Counted from the first letter of the stretch, positions 10,932 to 20,340 are shown. The stretch: 64,000 nucleotides of DNA from an uncultured virus (IMG/VR IMGVR_UViG_3300035515_000418) (IMGVR_UViG_3300035515_000418), one strand, 5' to 3'. A program made the numbers and translations. Notes: generated by a model not told the origin, from the sequence alone.

Positions 10932-11483
10932 ATGAAGCTTACAAAATTCTCAGATATACCACAATTTACTACAGATGGCTATTATCAAGTAGAATATAAC
11001 TTAGTAAGATTTGTAAAATACCTTCAAGAGGAAGTAGAGGAATATGGATTGCAATTGAACCCTGATTTCCAAAGAGGGCATGTATGGACAGAACAGCAAC
11101 AAATAGATTGGTTGGAATACTTTCTAATGGGAGGAAAATCAGGAAATGTAATATATTTGAACAATCCATTTCTGCATAGATACAGAGAGCCAAAACCAAA
11201 TGAATATGGTGATTATGTTTGTGTGGATGGATTGCAGAGAATAACATCAATACAAAAGTTTGTGAGCAATGAAATTAAAGTGTTTGGATCTTATTTTAAA
11301 GAATATGAAGAGCCAGTGAGAATGATAAAGCATAATATAAAAGTAAATATCAATGATTTAAGGACAAAGTCAGAGGTATTGAAATGGTACATTGGTATGA
11401 ACAGTGGTGGCACGCCACATTCTAAAAGTGAAATAGAAAGAATAGAGGAACTATTGGATAAAGAAAATAGCCTAGGAAAGTAG
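10932..11483 (+). CDS. DUF262 (ParB/Srx-like, GmrSD N-terminal) domain protein, stand-alone
   Basis: LNPDFQRGHVW and VDGLQRIT motifs. Confidence 0.85.
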   Translation: MKLTKFSDIPQFTTDGYYQVEYNLVRFVKYLQEEVEEYGLQLNPDFQRGHVWTEQQQIDWLEYFLMGGKSGNVIYLNNPFLHRYREPKPNEYGDYVCVDGLQRITSIQKFVSNEIKVFGSYFKEYEEPVRMIKHNIKVNINDLRTKSEVLKWYIGMNSGGTPHSKSEIERIEELLDKENSLGK

Positions 11484-11493
11484 AGGTTTAGCA

Positions 11494-12033
11494 GTGAGTA
11501 AGAATAAAAGGAATAGAAACCATAAAAATGTGAGCAGTAGTAATGTAAGTACACCTACAGTAGAGGTAGAAACAAAAGAGAGTGACACAGAATCAACTAA
11601 GGATAATACAAACAATTTAATAACTGAATCAATAGCAGAATCAACTGACACACCAGAAAAAACAATAGAGAAAAGTGAGCCAGAATTAAGTTCAACTTCA
11701 TATTCAGAAAAATCATCAAAGGAAACAGCTGATGCACAAAAAGAAAATAAATTAACTTCAAAAGATGTACACGAGCCAACAGAGGCAGAAATAGCAAAAA
11801 TAATTGAGGAATCTAAGAAAGAGTATAAAGATATGGGTGGTGAAATAACACCAAGCCAATTAGCTAAGAACTTTATCCTTGCAGCTATAATGATACTTAT
11901 TGTTCTTATTGTTGGTACAATAGTAAAAACCAATTCTACAATAATAGAACGTGGTGATAGTGGTGAAAGAATATCAATGACACTTAATGAGGATGACTTA
12001 CTTGAAAATACAACAGACACTATTGATGAGTAG
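11494..12033 (+). CDS. Hypothetical single-pass membrane protein
   Basis: Low-complexity N-terminus, one TM helix. Confidence 0.6.
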   Translation: MSKNKRNRNHKNVSSSNVSTPTVEVETKESDTESTKDNTNNLITESIAESTDTPEKTIEKSEPELSSTSYSEKSSKETADAQKENKLTSKDVHEPTEAEIAKIIEESKKEYKDMGGEITPSQLAKNFILAAIMILIVLIVGTIVKTNSTIIERGDSGERISMTLNEDDLLENTTDTIDE

Positions 12034-12045
12034 TAGAGGTTTAGT

Positions 12046-12324
12046 ATGGAGAGATACAATGGTATAGAGAGATACATTTTCTCTGATAGTTATACACTAT
12101 TGACAAAGCATGTGAATATGCAAAACACAGATAAAAATTGGGAAACACTCATAAATGACAGTAACAAATTGGTTTTGAAATATAACAAACATCCATTAAG
12201 TGTTGCTTTAGTAAATCGAGTTATAATGCAAATAGAAAATAAACTGGGCAATAGAAAAATAAGTAATATGTCACATGAGGAATGGGAAAACATTTTAAAA
12301 GACCAACATACTATGGGTTGGTAA
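12046..12324 (+). CDS. Hypothetical protein
   Basis: GAGG RBS, 92 aa. Confidence 0.6.
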   Translation: MERYNGIERYIFSDSYTLLTKHVNMQNTDKNWETLINDSNKLVLKYNKHPLSVALVNRVIMQIENKLGNRKISNMSHEEWENILKDQHTMGW

Positions 12325-12353
12325 GCAATGAGAGCTTATGGTGGTGATAATAA

Positions 12354-12836
12354 TTGAAGGCTTTACTAACTGGAATAATCATGATAACATTGGGAATTAT
12401 GTTAGAAATACCTAAGAAAAAATTAAAGCATAAGAACAGGGAACAATCAGAATATGAATATGATAGAAGCAGTATAGTGCAGTACATGGTTGTTGACAAA
12501 TTGGTAGCAGTTGATGAGTCAGGTTTGACACATTTAAGAATAAAGGTTAAGCAGTCCTACTGTGACGCTATAACAATAAATATTGAGGGTACAGGATATG
12601 AGAATGACTTAAATGAGTTTAATAATATACCTAAAAAGAGTGAAATAGAATTGCATGAATACAATGACCAGATACTTGAGAAAAAGTGGGGTTGGTATTC
12701 AAGATATAGTCACTCAGCAGTAGACAGTACAACTGGCATTGTAATTTTGGAATTTGTTAATTGGGGATTACTGTTCTTTGGAATGCTAATCACTTTGTCT
12801 GGAATAATGAGCATAGTAAATATTTTGTTCAGTTAA
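12354..12836 (+). CDS. Hypothetical membrane protein
   Basis: N- and C-terminal hydrophobic helices. Confidence 0.55.
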   Translation: MKALLTGIIMITLGIMLEIPKKKLKHKNREQSEYEYDRSSIVQYMVVDKLVAVDESGLTHLRIKVKQSYCDAITINIEGTGYENDLNEFNNIPKKSEIELHEYNDQILEKKWGWYSRYSHSAVDSTTGIVILEFVNWGLLFFGMLITLSGIMSIVNILFS

Positions 12837-12864
12837 GAAATTAAGAAAGGAAGTAAGTTAGAGT

Positions 12865-13344
12865 ATGGAATCAATAAAAGAATTTAGAGGCAGAAAATAT
12901 TTTTTAAGTAATTTTTATAGTAGGGATAATCTCATGGTATATAATGGGATAACATATAACAGTTCAGAAGCAGCTTTTCAAGCTCAGAAGACACCTGATA
13001 AAGAACTTCAATTAATGGCATCTAAGATGAAGCCCTTAGATGTAAAGAAAGCATTTGGACCAACTGGGTTACCAGGATTTCCACATTTCCAATTAAGAAG
13101 CGACTGGGAGAGTGTAAAATTTGACATAATGTTAGATGTATTGAGGGCAAAGTTTCTACAGAATAGAGACCTTGCAGAAAAGTTATTATCAACAGGCGAT
13201 GCAGAGTTAATAGAGGGAAATAACTGGCACGATAATCTATGGGGCAATTGTACATGTCCAAAATGCATAAATAAAGCAGGTAGGAATTGTCTTGGATTGG
13301 CACTGATGCAGGTAAGAAGCGAATTGAGAGCCAGAGGATTATAG
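12865..13344 (+). CDS. NADAR family protein (YbiA-like)
   Basis: FLSNFY, SSEAAFQAQK, LRSDWESVK, AKFLQN..L...LLSTGDAELIEGN.W.D..WG, G.N.LG..LM.VR. Confidence 0.9.
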   Translation: MESIKEFRGRKYFLSNFYSRDNLMVYNGITYNSSEAAFQAQKTPDKELQLMASKMKPLDVKKAFGPTGLPGFPHFQLRSDWESVKFDIMLDVLRAKFLQNRDLAEKLLSTGDAELIEGNNWHDNLWGNCTCPKCINKAGRNCLGLALMQVRSELRARGL

Positions 13345-13374
13345 TAATAACATAAAATGGGAGAGTGCGTTAAT

Positions 13375-13828
13375 ATGTTAAAAATAAGATTTGGTGAGTT
13401 TACAGATGATATCATAGTAAATATAAGATGGTACTTCGATGCAAAAAAAGAAAAAGGATTGGTTTAATAGGGAATCAGTTAAAAAGATTATCAAAGACAT
13501 AGATAAATCAGATGTAATCAAGGATGAATGCATTGAATCGCCAGTCTTAGGATGTATATCACCTCAGGCTTTGTCAGAAGGTTGTAAGGCAGTTATACTT
13601 CTAGAAATATTAGATAGTCCACATATATATGGTACCAGATGCGGTGATAACTGTGTGCTAGACATACTGGACATAGCTTCAAGAAAAGATATAACATTAA
13701 CATTAACATTACATTATGAAATGGGATTCCCAGATAAATTTGAGGCTTACCTAGTAGAGTCTGATAAATACATTCATAGTTGGAAGGATTACATATATGA
13801 GTATTATAAATTTACTGGTGAAATCTGA
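13375..13828 (+). pseudogene. DUF4869-like protein, copy 1, frameshifted at an A7 tract
   Basis: ATG at 13375 gives MLKIRFGEFTDDIIVN, identical to copy 2. The A7 run at 13443-13449 leads to a stop at 13465-13467; A6 restores colinearity with copy 2. Confidence 0.75.
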
Positions 13829-14867
13829 CAATTTAACATGGAAAGTTCCTTTAGAAAGACGAATAACCATTATAAGGGGTGACAATGGAATTGGAAAGAC
13901 AACTATGGCAAATTATATAGAAGCAGCAGCCTCTCCAATGAACAATGCTATAGAAGTAATATCACAGTTGGTACCAATAGTTGTTACTAAAATGTCTTGG
14001 AAATCATTAATGACTACAGAGTCAAATAAGATACTAATATTTGATGACTTGGAAGACGTAGCATCCTCTGAGTTTGCCAGCTTAGTTAAGAATACAGAGA
14101 AATCAGGGAATTACTATTTAATTCTAGCCAGAGAAAGATTAGGGTTTAGTAAGTTAAATCAATTAAGTATAGTAGTGTCTTCAATATTAAGGTTTGTAAC
14201 TAGCAATGATGGGTATAAACACTATACAGAGCCTTATTACAAAGTATATAGTCATAATGCTAGTGGAATAAATTGTAATAGTTTTTTAATAGAGGATAAA
14301 TCCGCAAGAAAGCAGTTATTTACTAAAATATTTAATAAAGATATAGTATACTCAGCCAGTAAAGGTAGAAATACAATAGTATCTGACACTAAGAATATAT
14401 TAGATGATGATACTGAGGGCAATGTTGTATTACTTGTATTAGCAGATATGGCTGCATTTGGGTGTGGTATGGATGCCCTGTATGCTATGTCACGTATATA
14501 CGGTAACAAATTGTATTTTGATAGTAAATATGAATGCCTTGAGGAACTTCTGATAAGTACTAATTATTTTAAAAATAATACAGAGGTACAAAAGGAGCTT
14601 TCAGATATAGAAAGCTACGCAAATAATTTTATTTCGTGGGAAACATATTATGAAAAATTATTAGAAAGAGTTACGAATGGTGTCAGTGGTGTTGAGTATA
14701 AGCATAGCCATAAATTAAAGACATGTTGGGTAACAGATTGTAACGTGTGTGGACAGGGAGTATACATAGCCTGTAGCATGAAATCAGATGATGTTGACAA
14801 GATAAAATGGTTGTTTAAGGGTACTAAGTATGACAAATTACTCATACTTAGAGACAATTTAGAATAG
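13797..14867 (+). CDS. P-loop ATPase with C-terminal TOPRIM-like region (DUF4869 partner), copy 1
   Basis: ITIIRGDNGIGKTT Walker A, LIFDD Walker B, LIEDKS and ADMAAFG motifs, Cys-rich tail. Confidence 0.7.
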   Translation: MSIINLLVKSDNLTWKVPLERRITIIRGDNGIGKTTMANYIEAAASPMNNAIEVISQLVPIVVTKMSWKSLMTTESNKILIFDDLEDVASSEFASLVKNTEKSGNYYLILARERLGFSKLNQLSIVVSSILRFVTSNDGYKHYTEPYYKVYSHNASGINCNSFLIEDKSARKQLFTKIFNKDIVYSASKGRNTIVSDTKNILDDDTEGNVVLLVLADMAAFGCGMDALYAMSRIYGNKLYFDSKYECLEELLISTNYFKNNTEVQKELSDIESYANNFISWETYYEKLLERVTNGVSGVEYKHSHKLKTCWVTDCNVCGQGVYIACSMKSDDVDKIKWLFKGTKYDKLLILRDNLE

Positions 14868-14885
14868 ATAGAGAGGTGTGTCAAT

Positions 14886-15335
14886 ATGTTAAAAATAAGA
14901 TTTGGTGAGTTTACAGATGATATCATAGTAAATGTACGAGGATATTTTGACCTTCAAAAGAAAAAAGATTGGTTTAATAGAGAATCTGTTAAAAAGATTA
15001 TCAAAGACATAGATAAATCAGACGCTATCAAAGATGAGTATATAGAGTCGCCAGTATTAGGTGCCATACCACCACAAATGTTATCAGACGGTTGTAAAGC
15101 TGTGATATTGATGGAAGTGCTAGATAATCCTCATATTTATGGTTCAAGATGCGGTGATAATTGTGTGCCTAATATATTAGAAATAGCCTCAAGAAAAGAC
15201 ATAGTATTAACATTGCATCATATAATGCAGTTTCCAGATAACTTTGAGGCTTACTTAATAGAAAGTGATAAGTACATTCATAGTCAGGAGGAGTACACAT
15301 ATGAGTACTTTAAATTTAAAGGCATGGTTCAATGA
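14886..15335 (+). CDS. DUF4869-like protein, copy 2 (intact)
   Basis: IKDIDKS...IESPVLG.I.P..LSDGCKAVIL...CGDNC pattern. Confidence 0.75.
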   Translation: MLKIRFGEFTDDIIVNVRGYFDLQKKKDWFNRESVKKIIKDIDKSDAIKDEYIESPVLGAIPPQMLSDGCKAVILMEVLDNPHIYGSRCGDNCVPNILEIASRKDIVLTLHHIMQFPDNFEAYLIESDKYIHSQEEYTYEYFKFKGMVQ

Positions 15336-16377
15336 TTTAACCTGGGATATACCTATAGAAAGAAGAATAACTATAATAAGGGGTGACAGTGGAACTGGAA
15401 AAACTACTCTTGTAAATAACTTAGAGAGCAGTAAAGACAGTGAGTTTAATGTACAGTTTCCACTTGATATATTTGTTGCAACATGTAGAAATTGGAATGT
15501 AATTATGAGTGGTGTTCAGGATAGCTTAATAGTATTTGATGATTTATCTATAGTAGAGACAGCTGATTTTGCAAAATTAGTAAAAGACACAGAAGATAAA
15601 GGAAACTACTTTTTGATATTTTCAAGAGAGCCTATAGGTATGGAAAAGTTATCAAGATTAAGTATATCAGTATCATCAGTATTAAGATTTGTAATTAGTC
15701 AAGACGGTAAACAACATTATACAGAGCCTTACTATAAATTTTATGGACATAGCTACAACAGTATAAGCTGTACAGATATACTATTGGAAGACAAATCTGC
15801 TGGTAAACAATTCTTTGAAGCAGTATTTGGTAAAGAGCATATACAGTCAGCTTCTAGTGGTAAGAATACCTTAGTGAATGATGTCATAGACAAACTTAAA
15901 AATGATATTAATTGTACATTATTAGTAATGACAGACATGGCAGCTTTTGGGTGTAATATGGATGCCTTGTATAATCTAGTATTACTACCATACAAAAACA
16001 GAGTGTATATAGACAGTAAATATGAATGCCTTGAAGAATTATTGCTACAGACTAATTGTTTAAAGGATAACATTAAAGTACAGACTCAGCTAAATGACTT
16101 ATGCAAGTATGCAAATAAATTCATTTCATGGGAAAGATACTTTGAACAGTTACTAGAAGATGTAACAAAGGATATAGATGGAATACAATATGTACATGGA
16201 AGAAAGCTTAAATATTGTTGGATACATGATTGTAGTGAGTGTAATAGCAAAGGACATAGGGAGTGTCATATGCTTATTGAAAATGATAAAATAGATTGGT
16301 TATTAAAGGATACAAAGTATAAAAAGTTGTTACTATTGAGAGATAATATGAACAACAGTTCAAATTCAGAGGAATAA
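15301..16377 (+). CDS. P-loop ATPase with TOPRIM-like region, copy 2
   Basis: Paralog of 13797..14867; GDSGTGKTT, IVFDD, LLEDKS, TDMAAFG; start set at ATG 15301 by alignment and GGAGGAG RBS. Confidence 0.7.
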   Translation: MSTLNLKAWFNDLTWDIPIERRITIIRGDSGTGKTTLVNNLESSKDSEFNVQFPLDIFVATCRNWNVIMSGVQDSLIVFDDLSIVETADFAKLVKDTEDKGNYFLIFSREPIGMEKLSRLSISVSSVLRFVISQDGKQHYTEPYYKFYGHSYNSISCTDILLEDKSAGKQFFEAVFGKEHIQSASSGKNTLVNDVIDKLKNDINCTLLVMTDMAAFGCNMDALYNLVLLPYKNRVYIDSKYECLEELLLQTNCLKDNIKVQTQLNDLCKYANKFISWERYFEQLLEDVTKDIDGIQYVHGRKLKYCWIHDCSECNSKGHRECHMLIENDKIDWLLKDTKYKKLLLLRDNMNNSSNSEE

Positions 16378-16398
16378 ATAAAAGAAAGGACAGTTAAA

Positions 16399-17984
16399 AT
16401 GGAACCATGTAGTGTAGAGTCAGAAAGTAAGGGATACACATATCAAAGAAGAAAGAGTGAGTATACAATACTGATAAAAATAGGAATAATGCTATTGATG
16501 AATTTTGGAATAATGATGTACCTAAATTTTGCCATTGATACATTTATAGAAATGGGTTGGGGATGGAAGAGAACAGCCTATGACATGGTAGTAAGAAATG
16601 GCAGACCTGTAACTGCATTGATGTTTTGTATAGCAGGGTTGTTTAATATATCTTATGAAACTTTCTATTATATACAATACTGGTTAGGGATGTTGTTCTT
16701 AGAAACTTCCATATACATTATAAATAATACCCTGAAAGAATACATTAAAAATGAAAATAAGAGAATACTAATAAGCTACATATCAGTAGCAAATATATTC
16801 ATGCTAGAATATTTTGCATTCATTGAAATATCTGGTTTTATGATAGCCATATTGCTTAACTGCATTGCAGTATCAAAATTTGAACATTATTTTAAAACAG
16901 ATAAGAAATGTAAGAAAGATATAATACTCAGTACAATACTTATAATAATTGCAATATTTACATATCAAGGAACACTAGCACTGTTTGTAATGCTTAGTAC
17001 ACCATTTGCATTGAGATACTCAAATAATTTAAAAGAAAAGCTTGTAAATATATTATGGATATTTGTTCCATACATAATATCTGGTATAACATGCCTGATA
17101 ACAGTCAAATATATACTTGGAAGTTCAAGGTTTGCTGATATTAATATGGGGAGTATGGTTTATTTGGCAATATTGAAAATACAATACAGTATACTAAGTG
17201 CAGTAAAAAGTCTCATAACAACATTTGACATACTTCCATGTGGTGTATACTTAGTTATAGTATCTGTTGTGATAATATGCAGTATATCAATGTGTAATCA
17301 TTATAATGAAAAAGAAAAATATAATAAATATTAAATATACTCATAGAAGTGACTGTGTCACTTGTAGTTCCAATGTTACCAACACTATTAAGTGCCGGGT
17401 TTGCAAGTTTAAGAGTAATATACCCAATAGCAAGTATAGCAGCAGTATTAGTAATGAATGCTCATATAAATTTACTAAGTAAAGGTGAATGTACAGAAAG
17501 CAATTCACCAACACCTATTAAATTAATGCACTGCATGATATTGTTGTTAATAGCACTTCAGTGTGTAAGCTTTAATAAAATCTACATTAACAGATTTCAA
17601 GTAAATTTTGCTGACAAGGAAACAGCAAAATACATTCAGGAAGAAATAAGTCAGTATGAAAAAGAGACTGGAAACACAGTAACAAAGATAGCAATTTATT
17701 GTGACTCTGACTCATGGTATTACAATGAGGACTTAAGTATAGACTATGGTAGTCAAGAAATATCAAGTAGATACTATGAAATAAAATCAGAGGTCATAAG
17801 AGATTCAATATATAACAGTTACTGGGCTGCAATACCAGGAATTAATTATTATCTAGGTACAAATTATGAAAGAGCAGAACAGAGTGAATATTATACAGAG
17901 TATTTCTCACAATTTGACTGGACAAGATTAAGTAGTAAACAATTAGTGTTTGATGGTGATACATTACACCTTTGTGTTTATTAA
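16399..17984 (+). pseudogene. GtrII-like membrane glucosyltransferase split into two ORFs (16399..17334, 17349..17984)
   Basis: Polytopic; GRP, MLEYFAF and TYQG motifs; one extra A at 17326-17328 would fuse the frames (...NKILNILIEVTVSL...). Confidence 0.55.
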
Positions 17985-18004
17985 AAAGATTTTTAAGAAA
18001 AGTG

Positions 18005-18033
18005 TTGACAAAATTAGTAAAATGTGGTAAGAT
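18005..18033 (+). promoter_or_regulatory. Sigma-A promoter for the DUF2828/RNA locus
   Basis: TTGACA, 17-nt spacer ending in TGn, then TAAGAT; predicted TSS about 18040. Confidence 0.8.
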
Positions 18034-18039
18034 AATAGT

Positions 18040-18127
18040 GTTGAGGGATAGAGAGCCAGTTATATGAGTTGAACTCAGCTTTACCAACAAGAAATGCTCC
18101 TTTCTGGTAAAATACTGGCTACTCAAC
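18040..18127 (+). ncRNA. Candidate structured RNA domain 1 (three-way junction)
   Basis: gttgag/ctcaac and agccagt/actggct closing stems; internal arms tgagt/actca and tttacca..gaaa/tttc.tggtaaa. Confidence 0.5.
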
Positions 18128-18129
18128 TA

Positions 18130-18232
18130 ATGTACAGTTGTTACATGGTAAATGCAAAGTAATCAAAAGATAAAGAAAGATTAAATTGTATGTTAGGACT
18201 TGGAACTTCCTTTCTGTGTAATAACTGTACAT
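18130..18232 (+). ncRNA. Candidate structured RNA domain 2 (17-bp closing stem, two internal arms)
   Basis: atgtacagttgttacat (18130-18146) pairs with gtgtaataactgtacat (18216-18232); arms atgcaa/ttgtat with taatc/gatta, and agga/tcct. Confidence 0.5.
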
Positions 18233-18259
18233 CTTAAATAGAAAATAAAGATACATGTA

Positions 18260-18331
18260 ACTTGGTATGCAGACAGCAACATTTAAAGAAAAACAATTTT
18301 TGGTGAAAAAATTAAAATGCATACTGTAAGT
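18260..18331 (+). promoter_or_regulatory. Leader copy of the stem/GU-bulge/ACAGCAA RNA motif (permuted)
   Basis: GGTATGC-AG-ACAGCAA (18264-18279) ... GCATACT-GT (18319-18327), just upstream of RBS AGGAGG (18351-18356). Confidence 0.65.
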
Positions 18332-18363
18332 AAAGGAAAGCATAGGCTATAGGAGGAATTAGC

Positions 18364-19851
18364 ATGGGGTCATTAAAAGAAGCAATTGATGAAGAAAGAA
18401 GTTGGGGAAAAACTTGGAATGGTGCAGATACTAAAATAAATACACTAAACCCACTACTGGATATGTTTGCAAGAGCAGGCTCTATGCGTAAAAATTCTAA
18501 GTCAGACAAGCAGGATATTTTCAGTGAAGCATGGAAGTGTGATAAGTTACTTGCAACAAAGTTGCTTTTCTATGTAAGAGATATTCGTGGCGGATATGGT
18601 GAGAGAGATACATTTTGTCAGATGCTAGCTACTCTGGCTGATAAGTCACCCGAAACAGTTGAAAAGAACCTGTGGGCAGTATTAGAGTTTGGTAGAGCAA
18701 AGGATTTATACTGCTTAATTGGAACAAAAGCAGAAAATGCTATGTGGAACTTTATGAAAGCTCAATTTGAGTTGGATTTAAAGAATATGAAACAGGGTAA
18801 AAGTATATCATTACTTGCAAAATGGATAGCCACACCAGATGCAAAATCTCCTAGAACTAAGGAATTAGGTAAACTAACAGCTAAGGAATTAGGATATACT
18901 TTCAAAACAATGAGAGAATACAAGACAAAATTAAGGACATTGAGAGCATATCTTGATATACCAGAGGCTAAAATGGCTACCGGCAAGTGGGATGAGATAG
19001 AGTACAGTAAATGTGCCTCAAGATTTCTCTTAAAGAATAGAAATGCATTTAAAAAGCATGATTTAGATAGGTACAATAAGTACATTGAGGCAGCTAAGAG
19101 TGGCAAAGTTGCTATGAATATGAGCACCAATACACCATATGATGTTATTCATACAGCCTTACATAGTTCAGATAAGGATGATGACATTGAGGTAATGTGG
19201 GATAACTTACCAGATGTATGTAATCACAATGTGATGGTAATGGCAGATACTTCTGGTTCAATGGACAGTGGTGGACAGAGCTATAAGCCTATAGAGGTAG
19301 CCTTAGCAATGGCATTGTATTTCAGTGAAAGAAATAAGGGTGACCTGAAAGATTTGTTTATGACATTCAGTTCACGTCCAGAATTCTGTAAAGTAACTGG
19401 TAATACACTTAAAAGAAGGTATATAAATGCACTTGGTGCTAATTGGGGTATGAGTACAAATTTGCAAGGTGCTTTTAACAAATTATTAGACCTTGCAGTT
19501 GAAAATAACGTACCAGCAGAGGATATGCCAGAAGCATTATTAGTAATATCAGACATGCAGATTAATCCTGGTCTTATAAGTGGTGTGGATAAGGATTCTA
19601 GGATGACATTCTATGATTATGAAAAGAAAAAGTATAATAATGCAGGATACAAGATGCCACAGGTAATATTTTGGAATGTAAATGCATTATCACCATCTTT
19701 CTTGGCAAGCAGGTCAGATAACGGTGTATCACTTGTAAGTGGAATTTCATTAAATGTGTTTAAGCAGGCAATGGACTCAATAGGTGAGACACCAGAGCAG
19801 TTAATGCTAAAGATATTAAATTCTGAAAGATACAGTGATATAGCAGTCTAA
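18364..19851 (+). CDS. DUF2828 family protein with C-terminal VWA domain (Ro60/TROVE-like architecture)
   Basis: TWNGA, FYVRDIRGGYGER, FGRAKDL, LLAKW, IEYSKCASR; VWA MIDAS DTSGSM, TFS, WGMSTN, ISDMQ, IFWNV, LVSG. Confidence 0.85.
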   Translation: MGSLKEAIDEERSWGKTWNGADTKINTLNPLLDMFARAGSMRKNSKSDKQDIFSEAWKCDKLLATKLLFYVRDIRGGYGERDTFCQMLATLADKSPETVEKNLWAVLEFGRAKDLYCLIGTKAENAMWNFMKAQFELDLKNMKQGKSISLLAKWIATPDAKSPRTKELGKLTAKELGYTFKTMREYKTKLRTLRAYLDIPEAKMATGKWDEIEYSKCASRFLLKNRNAFKKHDLDRYNKYIEAAKSGKVAMNMSTNTPYDVIHTALHSSDKDDDIEVMWDNLPDVCNHNVMVMADTSGSMDSGGQSYKPIEVALAMALYFSERNKGDLKDLFMTFSSRPEFCKVTGNTLKRRYINALGANWGMSTNLQGAFNKLLDLAVENNVPAEDMPEALLVISDMQINPGLISGVDKDSRMTFYDYEKKKYNNAGYKMPQVIFWNVNALSPSFLASRSDNGVSLVSGISLNVFKQAMDSIGETPEQLMLKILNSERYSDIAV

Positions 19852-19883
19852 TCACTTATTTAGAGAATTAACAGAAAAATAAA

Positions 19884-19923
19884 GGTTGAACACTTCAAAT
19901 AACAAATAACAGAGTGTTCAACC
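19884..19923 (+). other. Perfect 11-bp hairpin between the gene and the RNA cluster
   Basis: ggttgaacact (19884-19894) / agtgttcaacc (19913-19923); no U-tract. Confidence 0.6.
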
Positions 19924-19928
19924 AATAT

Positions 19929-20066
19929 GCAAGGGTAGCTCAGTTGGTAGAGCCTTTCTATGTAAAAAGTAATGAATGTTGTTGACTTAATTGTCTGATG
20001 TTCTAACAGCAATATTGATAAATAAGCCAAGAGAAATTGTCACTGGTTCGATTCCAGTCCCTTGCA
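19929..20066 (+). ncRNA. tRNA-like RNA 1 with 72-nt expanded anticodon loop
   Basis: Acceptor GCAAGGG/CCCTTGC, D arm GCTC-agttggta-GAGC, anticodon stem TTTCT/AGAAA, T arm ACTGG-TTCGATT-CCAGT; loop 19960-20031 holds the motif; no encoded CCA. Confidence 0.85.
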
Positions 20067-20069
20067 CTG

Positions 20070-20315
20070 GCAGTAGATGTAGTTTAAATGAGACATATGT
20101 AGGTTAATTGATTCCGGTTAATTAATACATACATAGCTCGGGTAAAAACATGCAATGTACACTTTAAATTCATAGCATACTGTGACAAGTAAAGCAAGTT
20201 TACTTGTGGGATGCATACCGCAAATTTAAAACATATGTTTTGGTGTCAATAAGAAAATAGACTCTGAAGAGTCACTTGATACATTGTATATGGGAGTAAA
20301 TCCCCATCTACTGCA
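20070..20315 (+). ncRNA. tRNA-like RNA 2, degenerate, with inserts in both D loop and anticodon loop
   Basis: Terminal stem GCAGTAGATG/CATCTACTGC, D stem GTTT/AAAC with inserted hairpin, stem TGCAATGTA/TACATTGTA, degenerate T arm GGGA-gtaaa-TCCC; motif at 20175-20223. Confidence 0.7.
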
Positions 20316-20340
20316 ACAATAAAAACAAATAACATATTAA

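Noticed and set aside
10932..11483. DUF262 gene as a complete GmrSD/type IV restriction system
   Set aside because: No DUF1524/HNH partner domain or neighbouring gene is visible.
13441..13450. Programmed -1 frameshift at A-AAA-AAG
   Set aside because: Restoring the protein needs a +1 shift and the slippery heptamer is not in the required frame.
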